The notes beneath the pieces are model-generated. The model was given only the letters and a program-made list of their open reading frames with translations. It did not search any database and had not been told where the DNA came from. Positions 17,531 to 28,015 of a stretch of DNA of 64,000 bases are shown in pieces. Origin of the DNA: a virus (lineage: Duplodnaviria > Caudoviricetes); IMG/VR virus record IMGVR_UViG_3300012344_000001, positions 1-64,000 of that record; one strand, 5' to 3'. A program made the translations under genes and the position numbers. How positions within the stretch are numbered: the first letter of the stretch is position 1; each line of letters begins with the position of its first letter.

Positions 17531-20500
17531 TATCTTCCACCTCCACTAATCGGAATATATCTGCGCAGAATCGAAGTCAGCGCAACAGAATCAGCGCGTG
17601 TCATGCCGCCGAGCGGATTGCCGTTAAAGTAGACGTCGTGGCTGTCGTTCGCAACAGAATTATTTCCACCGACAATGCCCGCGAAGCGATTCAACATCGC
17701 GTTAAGCGCGCCAGAATTATCAAGAATCTTAGTAAGCGCGGTCGCAGAATTAAGGAATTCCTTAGACTTCTGTGGGGAAAGCAGCTTAGACGACAATTCG
17801 GGGCCAAAAACGGTTTCGTCCTTGGCTGTCGCTTTGATTCCGCCCATTCCTTCCAGAATGCCACCAGAATCATACAGACCCTTGTTCAGTTGGTCTTTCG
17901 CCCATTCTTTCTGACCGTAGCTGCCAGATTCAACAAGGCTTTCAAGATAGCGCTGCTGATTAGACTTGCCACTATCAGAAGAACTGGACGAACTGGAAGA
18001 ACTTCCCTTGGACGAAGAACCGCCAGAAGACGAACTTCCGCCGCCAGATGAGCCGCCAGACGAAGAACTGCCGGTAGACGTACCCATCTTGGCAAGTTCA
18101 GCTTTCGCCCATTCGCGCTGACCATACGTACCAGACTTGACAAGGTTTTCAAGATAGCGACGCTGGTTCAGGTCACTGCTGGGCGTACCACCAACATAGT
18201 TCGGGTTGCTTTCATCCCAATAGATAGTATCGTCAACGGTGTCACTGGTAGAATAGTAGTAGCCGCGACCAGTGTTAGACGACCACATACCCGACTTGCT
18301 ATACATAATGTTGCCATCTGCGTCAACGCGCGGATACTTGTTAGCAAGATTTTCATTGCGCGAACCAGCGCGAACGTTGATTGCGCTACGGGCGTAGCCA
18401 TCTTCGTCGTAGCTGATAACATAGCCGTTCTTTTCAACAGTCTGACCAGCCCACTTGCTATCGCGGCGCATATCGGCGCCCTTAATAGACGGCGACGTGC
18501 CGGGTGAATAAACACCCGTGTCTTTATAAGTAAGATTCGGCGGCGAACCGTCCGCAAGCACCCATTGGTCATAGGCTGTACCAGCAGGCGACGTGCCGCT
18601 TGTGCCGGGAAGCGTTTCACCGGGCGTCCAACCGTCAGTTCGCGGCGCCACATAATCATCGCCATAACCGCCACTATAATGCGGCTGACCGCCGGAATAA
18701 GCAGGGACAAGACCACTGCCAGAAGCCGCGTTGCTGATTGTACCAATGGTATTTTTGCCGCCAGAAGAACCGGCGACGTAGCCACTTCCGCTGACCATAG
18801 TGCCACCAGCACCAAACGACCAGCCACCTGCGGTCGTTCCACCAGCGGGGTTGTAGATACTGCCAGTGCCGTAGTTGATGTTGCTTCCGCCACCAAAGGA
18901 AAAGCTGCCTCCGCCATAGCTGGGCGCGGGAACATAGTAGACCTTGCCTTTCTTGGTAATCATGGTGCTACCATCAGCAAGCTTAGTCCACTGCGAACCA
19001 TCGCCACCAGTCATGGTGCTACCAGCGGGCGCGTTTTCAATAAAGTCCTTACCCTTGTCTGTGCCAATAGGATACAATTCGCCAGACGCAGATTCGCCAT
19101 AATACTTTTCATCAGTGCCAATAAGGCTACCCATGCCGGTTCCGGTGCCAATCCCGTTAATCAGGTCAATAAGCCCCTTGCCAACGGAATTGATAATCTG
19201 GCGGAACTGCGGAATATCGGTGTTGTTAATCGCGTTCAGAAGACGCTGCATTGCACTTTCTTCGGTGGTCAACTGCTTCTGTACGCGTTCCCAATAGTCC
19301 TTCAGGCGGTCAAATTCGTTCTGCGCGGCGTCCTTCTGCAAGTTAAGCGCGGAAATAATTCCGGCGTACTTGTCAAGAACTTCCTGTTGCTTCAGCTTGA
19401 TTTCAGCATCGCGGTATTCGTATTCAGCGTCGCGGACTTCCTTCTTCGCTTCCTGAACGGCGGAATAATCCGCAGTCCAAATCCACTGTCCGTTCTTATA
19501 CATACGGACGTTGCGATTCATGAGCGTGTTCTGAAGCTTGGTTTGCGCCTTCGCCAACGCCAGTTCCTTTTCGGCGATGTTGTATTCAAGTTCCTTATAC
19601 TGATACTGTCGCTCGAATTCGTCAGTGATGTAGTCCGCCTTATACATTTCATCTTCGGTCAGCATTTCAAGCTGATTCAGATAATCCTTGAACAGAACGC
19701 GGCTTTCGTCAGCAATCTGATTCAATTTGGCAGACATCTTGTTGTAGTCGTCTTCGTTGAACATCGCCTGACGAAGCTGTTCGTCAAGATAGTCGGCGGT
19801 CGACAGCGACACTTCAAGTTCCTTGTCGATTTCGTGGATGCCATCAGCGACGTCGTTTAAGATTCCGAAGAACACTTCGTGAAGCTTCTTGATGGCTTCG
19901 TTCTTGTCAATCTTCGCCTGAAGTGCATCAAGCTTGTCGTTCAGACGGTCTTCGGCTTCGTCGAGAAGGTCGTTGATTGCATCTTTGACGTCGTTCAGCG
20001 CGTCTTCGGTCGTCTGCTTTTCCCAATCTGCAAGACCAGAAGCAAGGTCGCGCTTCGCGTTGTAGTAGCCCCACCACGCCTGCTGCAAGTCTTGAATTTC
20101 CTGCGACGTCTCGGCGTAGCCCAACTTGCGAAGTCGTTCGGCTTCGGCGTGGGCGGCTTCCATCAGCTTGATGTAAATTGCCATCTGCTTGTTGACTTCG
20201 GCACGGTAGTTTGCTTCGTCATTTTCGCCATCGTAAAGGTCTGCTAACTGTTGCGACAGATACAGTTCGTGTTCAAGAAGACGGATTTCGCGTTCATAGG
20301 CGGTTTCGGCGTCGGACTTCTTGGAAGAAGACGACGACGTGCGAAGATATGCAAGGGTCTTCAGCAGATTATCGTAATTTTCTTGCGCTGTTTCAAGGTC
20401 TTTCGCAGCCTGCCCAATTTCATCCCAACCTTCGGGAAGTCCGCGAGCACCTCTGCCGGTGTAGTGTTCCATCAACATCTGCTGCTTCAACGCATTGATG

Positions 20501-22446
20501 TTTTCAAGAATCGCAGACGTTTCCATGTTCCAAGACGTCGCTTTACCGGCGTTAGCCGTAATTATAGAAGCTGCTGCCTGCTTGGCTTCATTAAGTGCAA
20601 GAACGTAACTTTCCTTTTCCTTTTCGATTAGCGCTTCAAGTTCGCTGCGGCTAATCTTGTAGCCCTTGGACGTCCACACCATCGCGTCGTATACGTCGTC
20701 GCCATAGGCTTCAGCAAGGTCGGCGGCAGCGTCAGCAGAAACGTAGCCAGATTCGGCAAGTTCTTCCTCGGCGGCTACGACGGATTTTACCTTGTCTTTG
20801 AATTTGGTGATTTGGGACGCGGGCGTTTCAAGATTGATAGAATCAGAAAAATCTTCGCCAGCCCTTGCGGCATTAAGCAGAATGCGAACAAGTTCCATAA
20901 ACGGAATGCCGGCTTCCTGCGCTGCTTGAACCATTTCGCGAATCGCGGGCGACACGCCATTTAAGACGGTTTCTATAAATGTATCAAGGTCTTCGCCACC
21001 ATCTTCAAGATACTGCTTAAAGACATCTGCGTTTTCAGCAACGATTTTACCAAGTTCAGAATAGGCGTCGGAATATTCATCTTTGATATCTTCCACCTTG
21101 TCGGAATAAGACATTAAAGAATCGTAATAAGCGTCAAGAACGGCCGCGATTTCGGGGTAGTATTCGCGCAGAAGCTCGAGCTGCGGAACAACGGTGTTCG
21201 TCAGTTCGCTTTCAAGCTCGTTAATTTTGGCTTCGATTGTGCTTGCAAGCTTTTCATTGCCGTCGTCGGCAGCTTTTTCGTATTCCTTGCGAAGATTGTC
21301 AATCTGCTTCTGATATGCGTCGATGACTTCTTCGGGGGCAACGCTAATAGACGTACCTTCAACAACGGTACGTTCAGAACGACTGCTACGATTAGAACGA
21401 CCAATTCGATACTGCCCAACACTAAAAGTTTTGCCGTGCAATTCATCTGCGGTCTGCTTGCGCTGTTCCTTGATAAGTTCAAGACGCTTTTCTTCAAGCG
21501 CGATTTGGCGTTCAAGCTGCTTATTTTCTTCTTTCAGCCGGTCAAGTTCGTCTTGTTCGACAAGACCACCTACGCCTTTGTTGATGGTGTCTTGAAGTTC
21601 TTGAATCTTTTCGTCGTTTTCAGCAATCTTGGATTTGTATTCGTCAATTTCGCCCTGCGACGTGTCGATTTCATTACCAAGGCTTTGTAATTCCTGCGAC
21701 AATTCGGCGGCAGAATGGTGTAGTTTTTCAATGATGTACACAAGCCCAGTAATCGCGATGGTAAGCGCGGCAACAACGGGAAGGATAGTCCCAAGACCAG
21801 CCGCGCCAAGAATTTGCGTTAAAAGTTTGCCGGTAGTCACAAGACCACGCATTTCCATAAACAACTTGCCCATCAGAACAAGCGACCTACCCGCCTTAAT
21901 GAACGCAAGAATTGCAGCCGTAGCCATTCCAGCCTGTACAACGAGTTCGTTACTGAAAACCTTCATAAAGGCTTCGCCAAGATTAAGAAGTTGACCGATT
22001 GCCCATTCGAAGTTCATATTTTGAACCCAAGTCTGGGCAAGGGCGTTAATTCGGTCTTGCTTGGCGGCAATGCTATCTTGATAGACAGCGTATTTTTGCA
22101 TAGCTTTGCCATTGCTATTAAGCGCGGAATTTTCAAGTTCAAGCGCTTTATCATACGAACTCATGAGTGCCAGGAAATTTTCCCGCTGTCGTGTACCCGC
22201 AATGGCGGTCGCCAAACTTTGTTTAGTTAAATCATCATATGTTTCCCAACCTTTTGCAACATCGTCAAGGACGTCTTGCGCGTCGCGAAAATCCTTATTG
22301 GTGTCACGGAGGCGAATACCAACCTTTGATAGAACCTTTTCAACATCATTAACATACGTGGTAATATCTGTATATTCACTTTCAAGGTCTTCAGACAAAA
22401 AAGTTCCTGCCTTAACAGAACCCATTCTGGAAAGAATTGTCTTCAT
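17530..22446 (-). CDS. Tape measure protein, exon 2
   Basis: Continues the TP901-type TMP core (KTILSRM...AGTRQRENFLALM); long coiled coil; Gly/Ser-rich C-terminus. Spliced product is 2244 aa. Confidence 0.9.
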   Translation of the reverse strand: MKTILSRMGSVKAGTFLSEDLESEYTDITTYVNDVEKVLSKVGIRLRDTNKDFRDAQDVLDDVAKGWETYDDLTKQSLATAIAGTRQRENFLALMSSYDKALELENSALNSNGKAMQKYAVYQDSIAAKQDRINALAQTWVQNMNFEWAIGQLLNLGEAFMKVFSNELVVQAGMATAAILAFIKAGRSLVLMGKLFMEMRGLVTTGKLLTQILGAAGLGTILPVVAALTIAITGLVYIIEKLHHSAAELSQELQSLGNEIDTSQGEIDEYKSKIAENDEKIQELQDTINKGVGGLVEQDELDRLKEENKQLERQIALEEKRLELIKEQRKQTADELHGKTFSVGQYRIGRSNRSSRSERTVVEGTSISVAPEEVIDAYQKQIDNLRKEYEKAADDGNEKLASTIEAKINELESELTNTVVPQLELLREYYPEIAAVLDAYYDSLMSYSDKVEDIKDEYSDAYSELGKIVAENADVFKQYLEDGGEDLDTFIETVLNGVSPAIREMVQAAQEAGIPFMELVRILLNAARAGEDFSDSINLETPASQITKFKDKVKSVVAAEEELAESGYVSADAAADLAEAYGDDVYDAMVWTSKGYKISRSELEALIEKEKESYVLALNEAKQAAASIITANAGKATSWNMETSAILENINALKQQMLMEHYTGRGARGLPEGWDEIGQAAKDLETAQENYDNLLKTLAYLRTSSSSSKKSDAETAYEREIRLLEHELYLSQQLADLYDGENDEANYRAEVNKQMAIYIKLMEAAHAEAERLRKLGYAETSQEIQDLQQAWWGYYNAKRDLASGLADWEKQTTEDALNDVKDAINDLLDEAEDRLNDKLDALQAKIDKNEAIKKLHEVFFGILNDVADGIHEIDKELEVSLSTADYLDEQLRQAMFNEDDYNKMSAKLNQIADESRVLFKDYLNQLEMLTEDEMYKADYITDEFERQYQYKELEYNIAEKELALAKAQTKLQNTLMNRNVRMYKNGQWIWTADYSAVQEAKKEVRDAEYEYRDAEIKLKQQEVLDKYAGIISALNLQKDAAQNEFDRLKDYWERVQKQLTTEESAMQRLLNAINNTDIPQFRQIINSVGKGLIDLINGIGTGTGMGSLIGTDEKYYGESASGELYPIGTDKGKDFIENAPAGSTMTGGDGSQWTKLADGSTMITKKGKVYYVPAPSYGGGSFSFGGGSNINYGTGSIYNPAGGTTAGGWSFGAGGTMVSGSGYVAGSSGGKNTIGTISNAASGSGLVPAYSGGQPHYSGGYGDDYVAPRTDGWTPGETLPGTSGTSPAGTAYDQWVLADGSPPNLTYKDTGVYSPGTSPSIKGADMRRDSKWAGQTVEKNGYVISYDEDGYARSAINVRAGSRNENLANKYPRVDADGNIMYSKSGMWSSNTGRGYYYSTSDTVDDTIYWDESNPNYVGGTPSSDLNQRRYLENLVKSGTYGQREWAKAELAKMGTSTGSSSSGGSSGGGSSSSGGSSSKGSSSSSSSSSDSGKSNQQRYLESLVESGSYGQKEWAKDQLNKGLYDSGGILEGMGGIKATAKDETVFGPELSSKLLSPQKSKEFLNSATALTKILDNSGALNAMLNRFAGIVGGNNSVANDSHDVYFNGNPLGGMTRADSVALTSILRRYIPISGGGR

Positions 22447-22601
22447 CACTAACTGTTACTTTAATGACCACTTTCGTGGCGGGAACGGAACTTCCAAGGT
22501 AATTATTTCATACCGCCCATTCCTCTCACACTTGGTTCTTCGCGAAACTTATCAGTGTGAGGTCAGACTGTCGCATCCGCACCTAAGTGCAGTTTCTTCA
22601 T

Positions 22602-23528
22602 TCAGTCGTTCATCGTGGATTCCATTAGTTGCAAATCTGCATATTCATTATATAACAATCCGCTCAAATCGTTATACACATAAGAAGAAGAATGATATGA
22701 CATAAGTGCCAATGGTGTTTTAATAAATTCGTCTATAAGGCAAGAAATCAATTCCGGGCTTTCGTCAATGTCTTTTTCCCACAAATACAATATCTTTGTA
22801 TTTTCTCTATTTTCAACATCTTCTTTCTTTTTTCTATCTTTTTCAACAACACCATCTGTTATTTTAGAATCGCTTGGACTTATATGCCTTCTTACGTCAC
22901 AATGGAAAAATCCGCCCATAATTTCTATAAAAAGATTATATTTTGGCAAATATATGTCCATCGAATATCTTCCGCTTTTCTTTTCTGGTTCATATTCTAT
23001 CTTATTATCTTTTAATATGTTAAGGACTTTAATGTGTGGTTTAGTCATTGTTGCCTTATATACACCATCGTGTATGTTTTTAATTGTATTTTCAGAACGC
23101 AATATGCTAAAGCAGTCGTCTGAACAAGTTTTAACATTAGCATAATATGTGTGATACTTTTTTCCGCACACAACACAAACACGCTCCTTTTTTATATTTA
23201 CATTCATGGTTTTACAATCCTTGGAACAACAGACATGATTGCTTTTCAAAGACATAAATTCCTTGCCACATATAACACAATTTCTTGGCGTTCTATGCTT
23301 GTCCGCATAATCCCACCTACAATCAGTCGAACAGAACTTTAGTTCGCCGTCGTGCTGTAATCTTGTTCCCATATATTCTTTCCCACAGTTCGCACAAACA
23401 TTTTTGTAATATCGTTTCGGACGCCTTTCTTCGTGATATTTTTGATTGCATTTTTCGCTGCAAAATCTTGTTTTATTTTCATCTTCAACATGCTTCCCGC
23501 AATAAGCACAATTAAATCTATGAATCAT
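22602..23528 (-). CDS. Intron-encoded homing endonuclease: tandem CxxC..CS..C zinc fingers plus Vsr/DUF559-like (EDxHD-type) nuclease domain
   Basis: Four zinc-finger repeats; YSMDIYLPKYNLFIEIMGGFFHCD; low GC; stop codon overlaps the intron P7 strand. Confidence 0.8.
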   Translation of the reverse strand: MIHRFNCAYCGKHVEDENKTRFCSEKCNQKYHEERRPKRYYKNVCANCGKEYMGTRLQHDGELKFCSTDCRWDYADKHRTPRNCVICGKEFMSLKSNHVCCSKDCKTMNVNIKKERVCVVCGKKYHTYYANVKTCSDDCFSILRSENTIKNIHDGVYKATMTKPHIKVLNILKDNKIEYEPEKKSGRYSMDIYLPKYNLFIEIMGGFFHCDVRRHISPSDSKITDGVVEKDRKKKEDVENRENTKILYLWEKDIDESPELISCLIDEFIKTPLALMSYHSSSYVYNDLSGLLYNEYADLQLMESTMND

Positions 23529-23548
23529 ATTATCCTCCTTTCTATTGT

Positions 23549-23577
23549 ATTATAACATAAAAAACAATATTTGTCAA
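23549..23577 (-). promoter_or_regulatory. sigma70 promoter inside TMP intron driving the endonuclease
   Basis: Exact TTGACA-N17-TATAAT followed by an AAGGAGG RBS. Confidence 0.85.
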
Positions 23578-23713
23578 TAGTGAGCGTATAATGAAATCCT
23601 TCGACCCTGTTACCCCTTTCGCGTGGGGCGTCCAAGCATCCCTTTCGGGAATCATTAGAAGAAATTTTTCTAAAGCGGTTTATTTATTATGCCGCTTCGA
23701 GAGCATAAAGTTC

Positions 23714-25531
23714 ACTCTCGCCAACAACAGATGCGCTTCTTTGCGTGACTTCGCGCACCGTAGCAACATAGCCAAGTAAGCGTTCAAAAGATACGCCAGA
23801 CTGGGCCGCGACATTCGCAGACCTCTGAAGCGCAATCGCCAAATCGTCAACGCTTGAAGCAGATTCAATATCGACCTGCGACATGGCATCAACAACGTGC
23901 ATGACGTCCTGCGTTTCCATCTTATAGCCGTTCAGAACAGACGTCAAATATTCAGTTGCTTCCGCCGATTCAATAACGCCAATTCTGGACATAACCATAG
24001 ACGCCCTAATCAGTTGCGTTGCTTCTTCTGCGCTTTTACCCTGACGAAGCCAAGCGTCTGCACCTTCTGCAACATCTGTCACCGTAGCCGACATTTCGAC
24101 CGCCAAATCAGCATATTCATTGCGCAACTTTTCGGTCGCTTCAGCGGTTCCAAGCGTAACAAGCTGGATGCTTGTAAACGCCTTATTAAGTTCCTCCGCT
24201 GTTTGTATAGACTGCTTAAATTTGCTTACGGCAAACCACATTGCACGATAAACGGACGTATAGTTAATGATACGCGCAGTAGCGTCAGCAAAACCGGCAG
24301 AAATGTTGCTTAAAAGACTGTTTTTCTTCTTCCACGCCTTTTCGGTTTTATCCAGCGACTGTTTAAGCGCTTCTTCGCTTTTCGTATACGCGACGTTAGC
24401 ATCATTCAGTTTATCGGTATTTACAAGAAGTCGTTTTGTTTCTTCCGCTTCTTGCCGCTTTTCTTCCACCACGGCTTCCGCCTGAATAACGGCGGTGGTG
24501 CGCAATCCATGCGATTCCAACTGTGCAAGTTTCAGTGCGACTTCGGCATCACGAACATCCTTAAGCTGTTCTTTATACTTGCTTAAATTATTGCCCGCAT
24601 TTCCAAGTTCGCCTTTAGTCCTTGACAGCACTTCCTGCCAACGTTCAAGATTCTGTCTTGCGTCTGGCATTTCCGCATTGAACGATTCCATTTCATAGGT
24701 CATGTTCTTCCATTCCTGTGCATAAGAAGAACCTGCCTGTGATAACTGATATCTATTTTCTAAGTCTCTTACTTGTTTTTCAAACTTCTTAAATTCATCA
24801 CGAAGCCTTTGCGTTCTATCTTGAATCTGCGTGGATGTATCAACCCATTGTTTGCCGTCCCATTCTTGGAACACGCGAACCAGACGTTCGCCTTCGCCCG
24901 CAAGTTCAACAACACGTGTCCTTACGCCCGAAATAGATTCCGCATATTCCTGAATGCCAACGACCTGCGCAGAACCCTTTCCGCCCAGTTCGCCCATCGT
25001 GCGATTGAAATGTTCAAGTTCATCAGAACTAAATGTGCGTTTAATCTGTTCACCCAAGTCTCGAACCTTTGCTTCGAGTTCATCAATAGCATTCGTCTTC
25101 GCTTCGCCTTCAAGCGTCTGCGCGGCTTCACGCATCTTCGCCTTCAAGTTGACATATTCGCTTTCAAGCTGTCGAACCTGCGCCGCGTGCTTTTCAGCCG
25201 CCTGTGTGAGCGATTCAATGGTGTTGCCAGTCTTAGCCAAGTCCGCCTTAAACTGGTCGGTAATACCAGTCATGTCGAACGCCTTGCCATACTGCTGACG
25301 CAAGCCGGCAATATCCTTGCCGACGTCCAACGTAGTCTTGCCAAGGTCGTTCATAATCTGCGCGTACTGGTTACGCAGCTTGGTTAGCGTCTGCTTAGGG
25401 ATTTCGGCATCCACCGCAAGCTTACCAACCACCTGATTTTGAAAGCGCTGTTCCCATTGCTTTCTAAGGTCTTTGTCCGCGTCCTGTTTAATTTCAGGAG
25501 CCGCTACAAATCTAAGTTCAAAATCCGGCAA
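23714..25531 (-). CDS. Tape measure protein, exon 1
   Basis: Coiled coil followed by the TMP core (LRQG, VD.ESASS..DLA.ALQRS, VTQRSASVVGES). Confidence 0.9.
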
Positions 25532-25542
25532 ATGCGTTCACC

Positions 25543-26124
25543 TCACTTATATCGTGTAATAGTTAAGCCGCCATGGCGTTCGCTAAATTCAGCTTCTATA
25601 ATAGTTTCTATTCCTGTACTATTAAGGTAGCTTTCAATATCTTGTATTGTCTTTTCCATAAACTTTGCGCCTTTTCTTTCAAACATCTTCATCTTACTGT
25701 CGTCTTGGTATTTACCTTCAGTACCTTCTTCGAGTATACCGACAAGATAATTTCCATCAAGCCCGTTATTCTTCACATCAACATATCTACCAAGATATTC
25801 ACGCGTTACATCGGTAGCCATGTCTTCAATTTCGTTCGAATCAAAATAAGCCATGTTTGAAAAAGCGTCACCCAAATTTTCTGTTCTTGAATCATACTTT
25901 ACGGTACTTGCGAATTTACCGTTTCCGCTTTGGTATGGCTTCTTTGCTATACGGTCTTTATTTGTAAGATATGAATGCCCGGGCGCAAAAGCCGCTTCAG
26001 CATTTTTTTGAAGCCTATTAGCCGCTATTTTTGCAAGTTCGGTGACAAATCCTTTGCAGCCCTTCTGCATCAATATATTAAGTTCCGATTCATTCATTAT
26101 ATATTTACTATTTGCCTTTGGCAT
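25543..26124 (-). CDS. Hypothetical (head-tail/tail completion-like) protein
   Basis: ORF with RBS upstream of the TMP. Confidence 0.45.
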   Translation of the reverse strand: MPKANSKYIMNESELNILMQKGCKGFVTELAKIAANRLQKNAEAAFAPGHSYLTNKDRIAKKPYQSGNGKFASTVKYDSRTENLGDAFSNMAYFDSNEIEDMATDVTREYLGRYVDVKNNGLDGNYLVGILEEGTEGKYQDDSKMKMFERKGAKFMEKTIQDIESYLNSTGIETIIEAEFSERHGGLTITRYK

Positions 26125-26170
26125 AAGGATTCACCACCCAACCCACAAAATGACAAAAAGAAGGCTGCGC

Positions 26171-26680
26171 TTAACGCACAGCCCCCTCATTGTAACCAAT
26201 AATATAGTTAAGATTTTTAATTACATCCTGATTCTCACCAAGAATTTTCATGGACGCTTCAAGGTCTTTCGCCATGTCAGTTGTTCCGACATCCAGCAGT
26301 ACCTTGCGAAGCATTGCAGAATCGCCCATGTCGAAAGCTTCGTCAAACATTCTGCAAAGGCGGTCATAGTCGTTCTTCACATAATGCTTGATAAACAAGT
26401 CAAAATTTGCCGCCATGCAGCGGTCATACATTTCTTCGCTGTCGTCGTCAACTTCCACGTCGACATATGCCAACAGCAGAACGAAGAACTTTGCTAATTC
26501 CTTCATTTTTGCGATTGCAGTCGTGTTACTGATATCAAGTTCAGCCGCAACAAACTTCTTGTCGCAAGAATTGATAAGGTCGACCTTCGCGTTAATCGGC
26601 ATATAACGCGAAATCTTAACATCATTAAGCGTCTTCGCATCTTCGCGCGTAAAGGCTTCAAACATTTCACTAAGCTTCAT
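26171..26680 (-). CDS. Putative tail assembly chaperone
   Basis: Helical acidic protein upstream of the TMP (synteny only). Confidence 0.45.
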   Translation of the reverse strand: MKLSEMFEAFTREDAKTLNDVKISRYMPINAKVDLINSCDKKFVAAELDISNTTAIAKMKELAKFFVLLLAYVDVEVDDDSEEMYDRCMAANFDLFIKHYVKNDYDRLCRMFDEAFDMGDSAMLRKVLLDVGTTDMAKDLEASMKILGENQDVIKNLNYIIGYNEGAVR

Positions 26681-26692
26681 AAAATAACCCCT

Positions 26693-27199
26693 TTACTTAT
26701 TCAATAGTTTAGTACCAGCCAGTCCGATTAAGATTCCTTCTGCTTCGTCGCTATCGCCGGTAGTTTTGTCGTATTTTTCATCAATCCAACTAAAATTTAA
26801 TCCGTGAAGTTCATTCACAAGCTCGATTGCTGCCTTCTTCTGGAATTCGCGACGCGGTTTTTCAGGCTTAACACCTGCCAGCCTTCGCCATTCAGACGGT
26901 TCCATCTGATAGAACGCACAATCGTTGTTGATACAGTGGCTATAAATGGTTCCTTGCAACAACAAAAGAAGTTCACAGATGCGCTTATTCATTGCACTTG
27001 AAAGCGGAACGTCTTCGACAAACACTACGTTGATATCATACGCCTTGAACAAGTCGCCAACCATATGATAGATTTCGTCGATTCTGTCGAACGCATTCTT
27101 CTTGTCAGACCTAAACCGACCATGATTTATAAGCGCGCCATCTTGATAGACAGAAAAGCCCGTGCTTGTCGTGCTTAGGTCAAGTCCAACAACAATCAT
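26693..27199 (-). CDS. ruvC: RuvC-like Holliday junction resolvase
   Basis: GLDLSTTSTG, VFVED, PSEWR and D.AEG motifs; probable start at 27199. Confidence 0.8.
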   Translation of the reverse strand: MIVVGLDLSTTSTGFSVYQDGALINHGRFRSDKKNAFDRIDEIYHMVGDLFKAYDINVVFVEDVPLSSAMNKRICELLLLLQGTIYSHCINNDCAFYQMEPSEWRRLAGVKPEKPRREFQKKAAIELVNELHGLNFSWIDEKYDKTTGDSDEAEGILIGLAGTKLLNK

Positions 27200-27633
27200 T
27201 AAATCACACCACTTGTAATTAAATAGTAAAGAACACCAAAGCAACCGCCGCCAATAAGGAAGTCAATAACGACGCGCTTCACAATATCAATGACATCAAT
27301 CTTGCTTCTTTCGTCAACGGCATGGATTCTATTGTCCATGTCCGTGCGAACCCCGTCCACTTTTCTATCCACTTCGTTAATTTTAGTTGTAAGAGCGCCA
27401 ACATTCTGAGTCAAATCTGCGACAGTTCTTCCATTTTCCGTTGTCGCAGTCGATATCTGCACCATCGTATCCTTGATGGCTTCAAGGGTGGCGGCGAACT
27501 GTTCCGACACCTTTGTATTACGTTCAGTTAAAACATTATTGCGTTCCAACGCAATTTCCGTGTGCCTAAGACGACCGTCGAATTCGTCTTGGCGCTTTTC
27601 AATCATTGCAATTTCGTCCATACGAACCTCCAC
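27199..27633 (-). CDS. Coiled-coil protein with C-terminal TM helix (XhlA/BhlA-like)
   Basis: Heptad region plus a hydrophobic C-terminus. Confidence 0.5.
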   Translation of the reverse strand: MEVRMDEIAMIEKRQDEFDGRLRHTEIALERNNVLTERNTKVSEQFAATLEAIKDTMVQISTATTENGRTVADLTQNVGALTTKINEVDRKVDGVRTDMDNRIHAVDERSKIDVIDIVKRVVIDFLIGGGCFGVLYYLITSGVI

Positions 27634-27690
27634 CTATCATTCTGTCTGATTGAAAGACGAATATAAGCGGACTTACATTCGTTTGTAGCA

Positions 27691-27752
27691 AGGGAAAGCT
27701 GGTCTTGCACCAAGCATCTTTGTAAAAATATTCTTCTTTGAACTACTTCCCT
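27691..27752 (-). ncRNA. Degenerate tRNA-like structure
   Basis: AGGGAAG/UUUCCCU acceptor-like stem, UAGUUCAA..GAAU D-arm-like segment, UGG-UGCAAGA-CCA T-arm-like segment; anticodon arm rudimentary. Confidence 0.35.
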
Positions 27753-27760
27753 ATATGAAA

Positions 27761-27782
27761 GGTGGGGCATTAAAGCCCCACC
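27761..27782 (-). terminator. Hairpin/terminator after tail tube operon segment
   Basis: GGTGGGGC-6 nt loop-GCCCCACC followed by TTT. Confidence 0.6.
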
Positions 27783-27785
27783 ATA

Positions 27786-28000
27786 TCAATCGACCACAGT
27801 GGGTTCGTTTTCCTTCTTGGTCTTTTCCGGCTTGACAAACAAGACCTTCAAAAATTCAGCAGGAAGACCGATGAAATAGTCTACGTCGTCATACGAATAG
27901 ACGTCGGCGCCACCGTAGAATTCGCCAGTCTTAAAATTAAAACTGTAGATGAAGTCGGTTTTGCCATCGCCCTTACGCACAACTGTGAAAAGAGGTTTCA
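27786..28000 (-). CDS. Hypothetical small protein
   Basis: Start MKPLFTVV at 28000 after a GGAG RBS. Confidence 0.55.
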
Positions 28001-28015
28001 TAAAAAGAATCTCCC

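Larger units (their letters stand above)
22447..23713 (-). mobile_element. Group I intron in TMP gene (1267 nt)
   Basis: 5' exon ends CGAGAGU and pairs with IGS GCUCUCG (U.G wobble). P10 CUUUAU pairs with 3' exon AUGAAG. P7 GACUG/CAGUC, P3 UUCUUC/GAAGAA, terminal G at 22447. Splicing restores SVVGES|MKTILSRM in frame. Confidence 0.92.
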
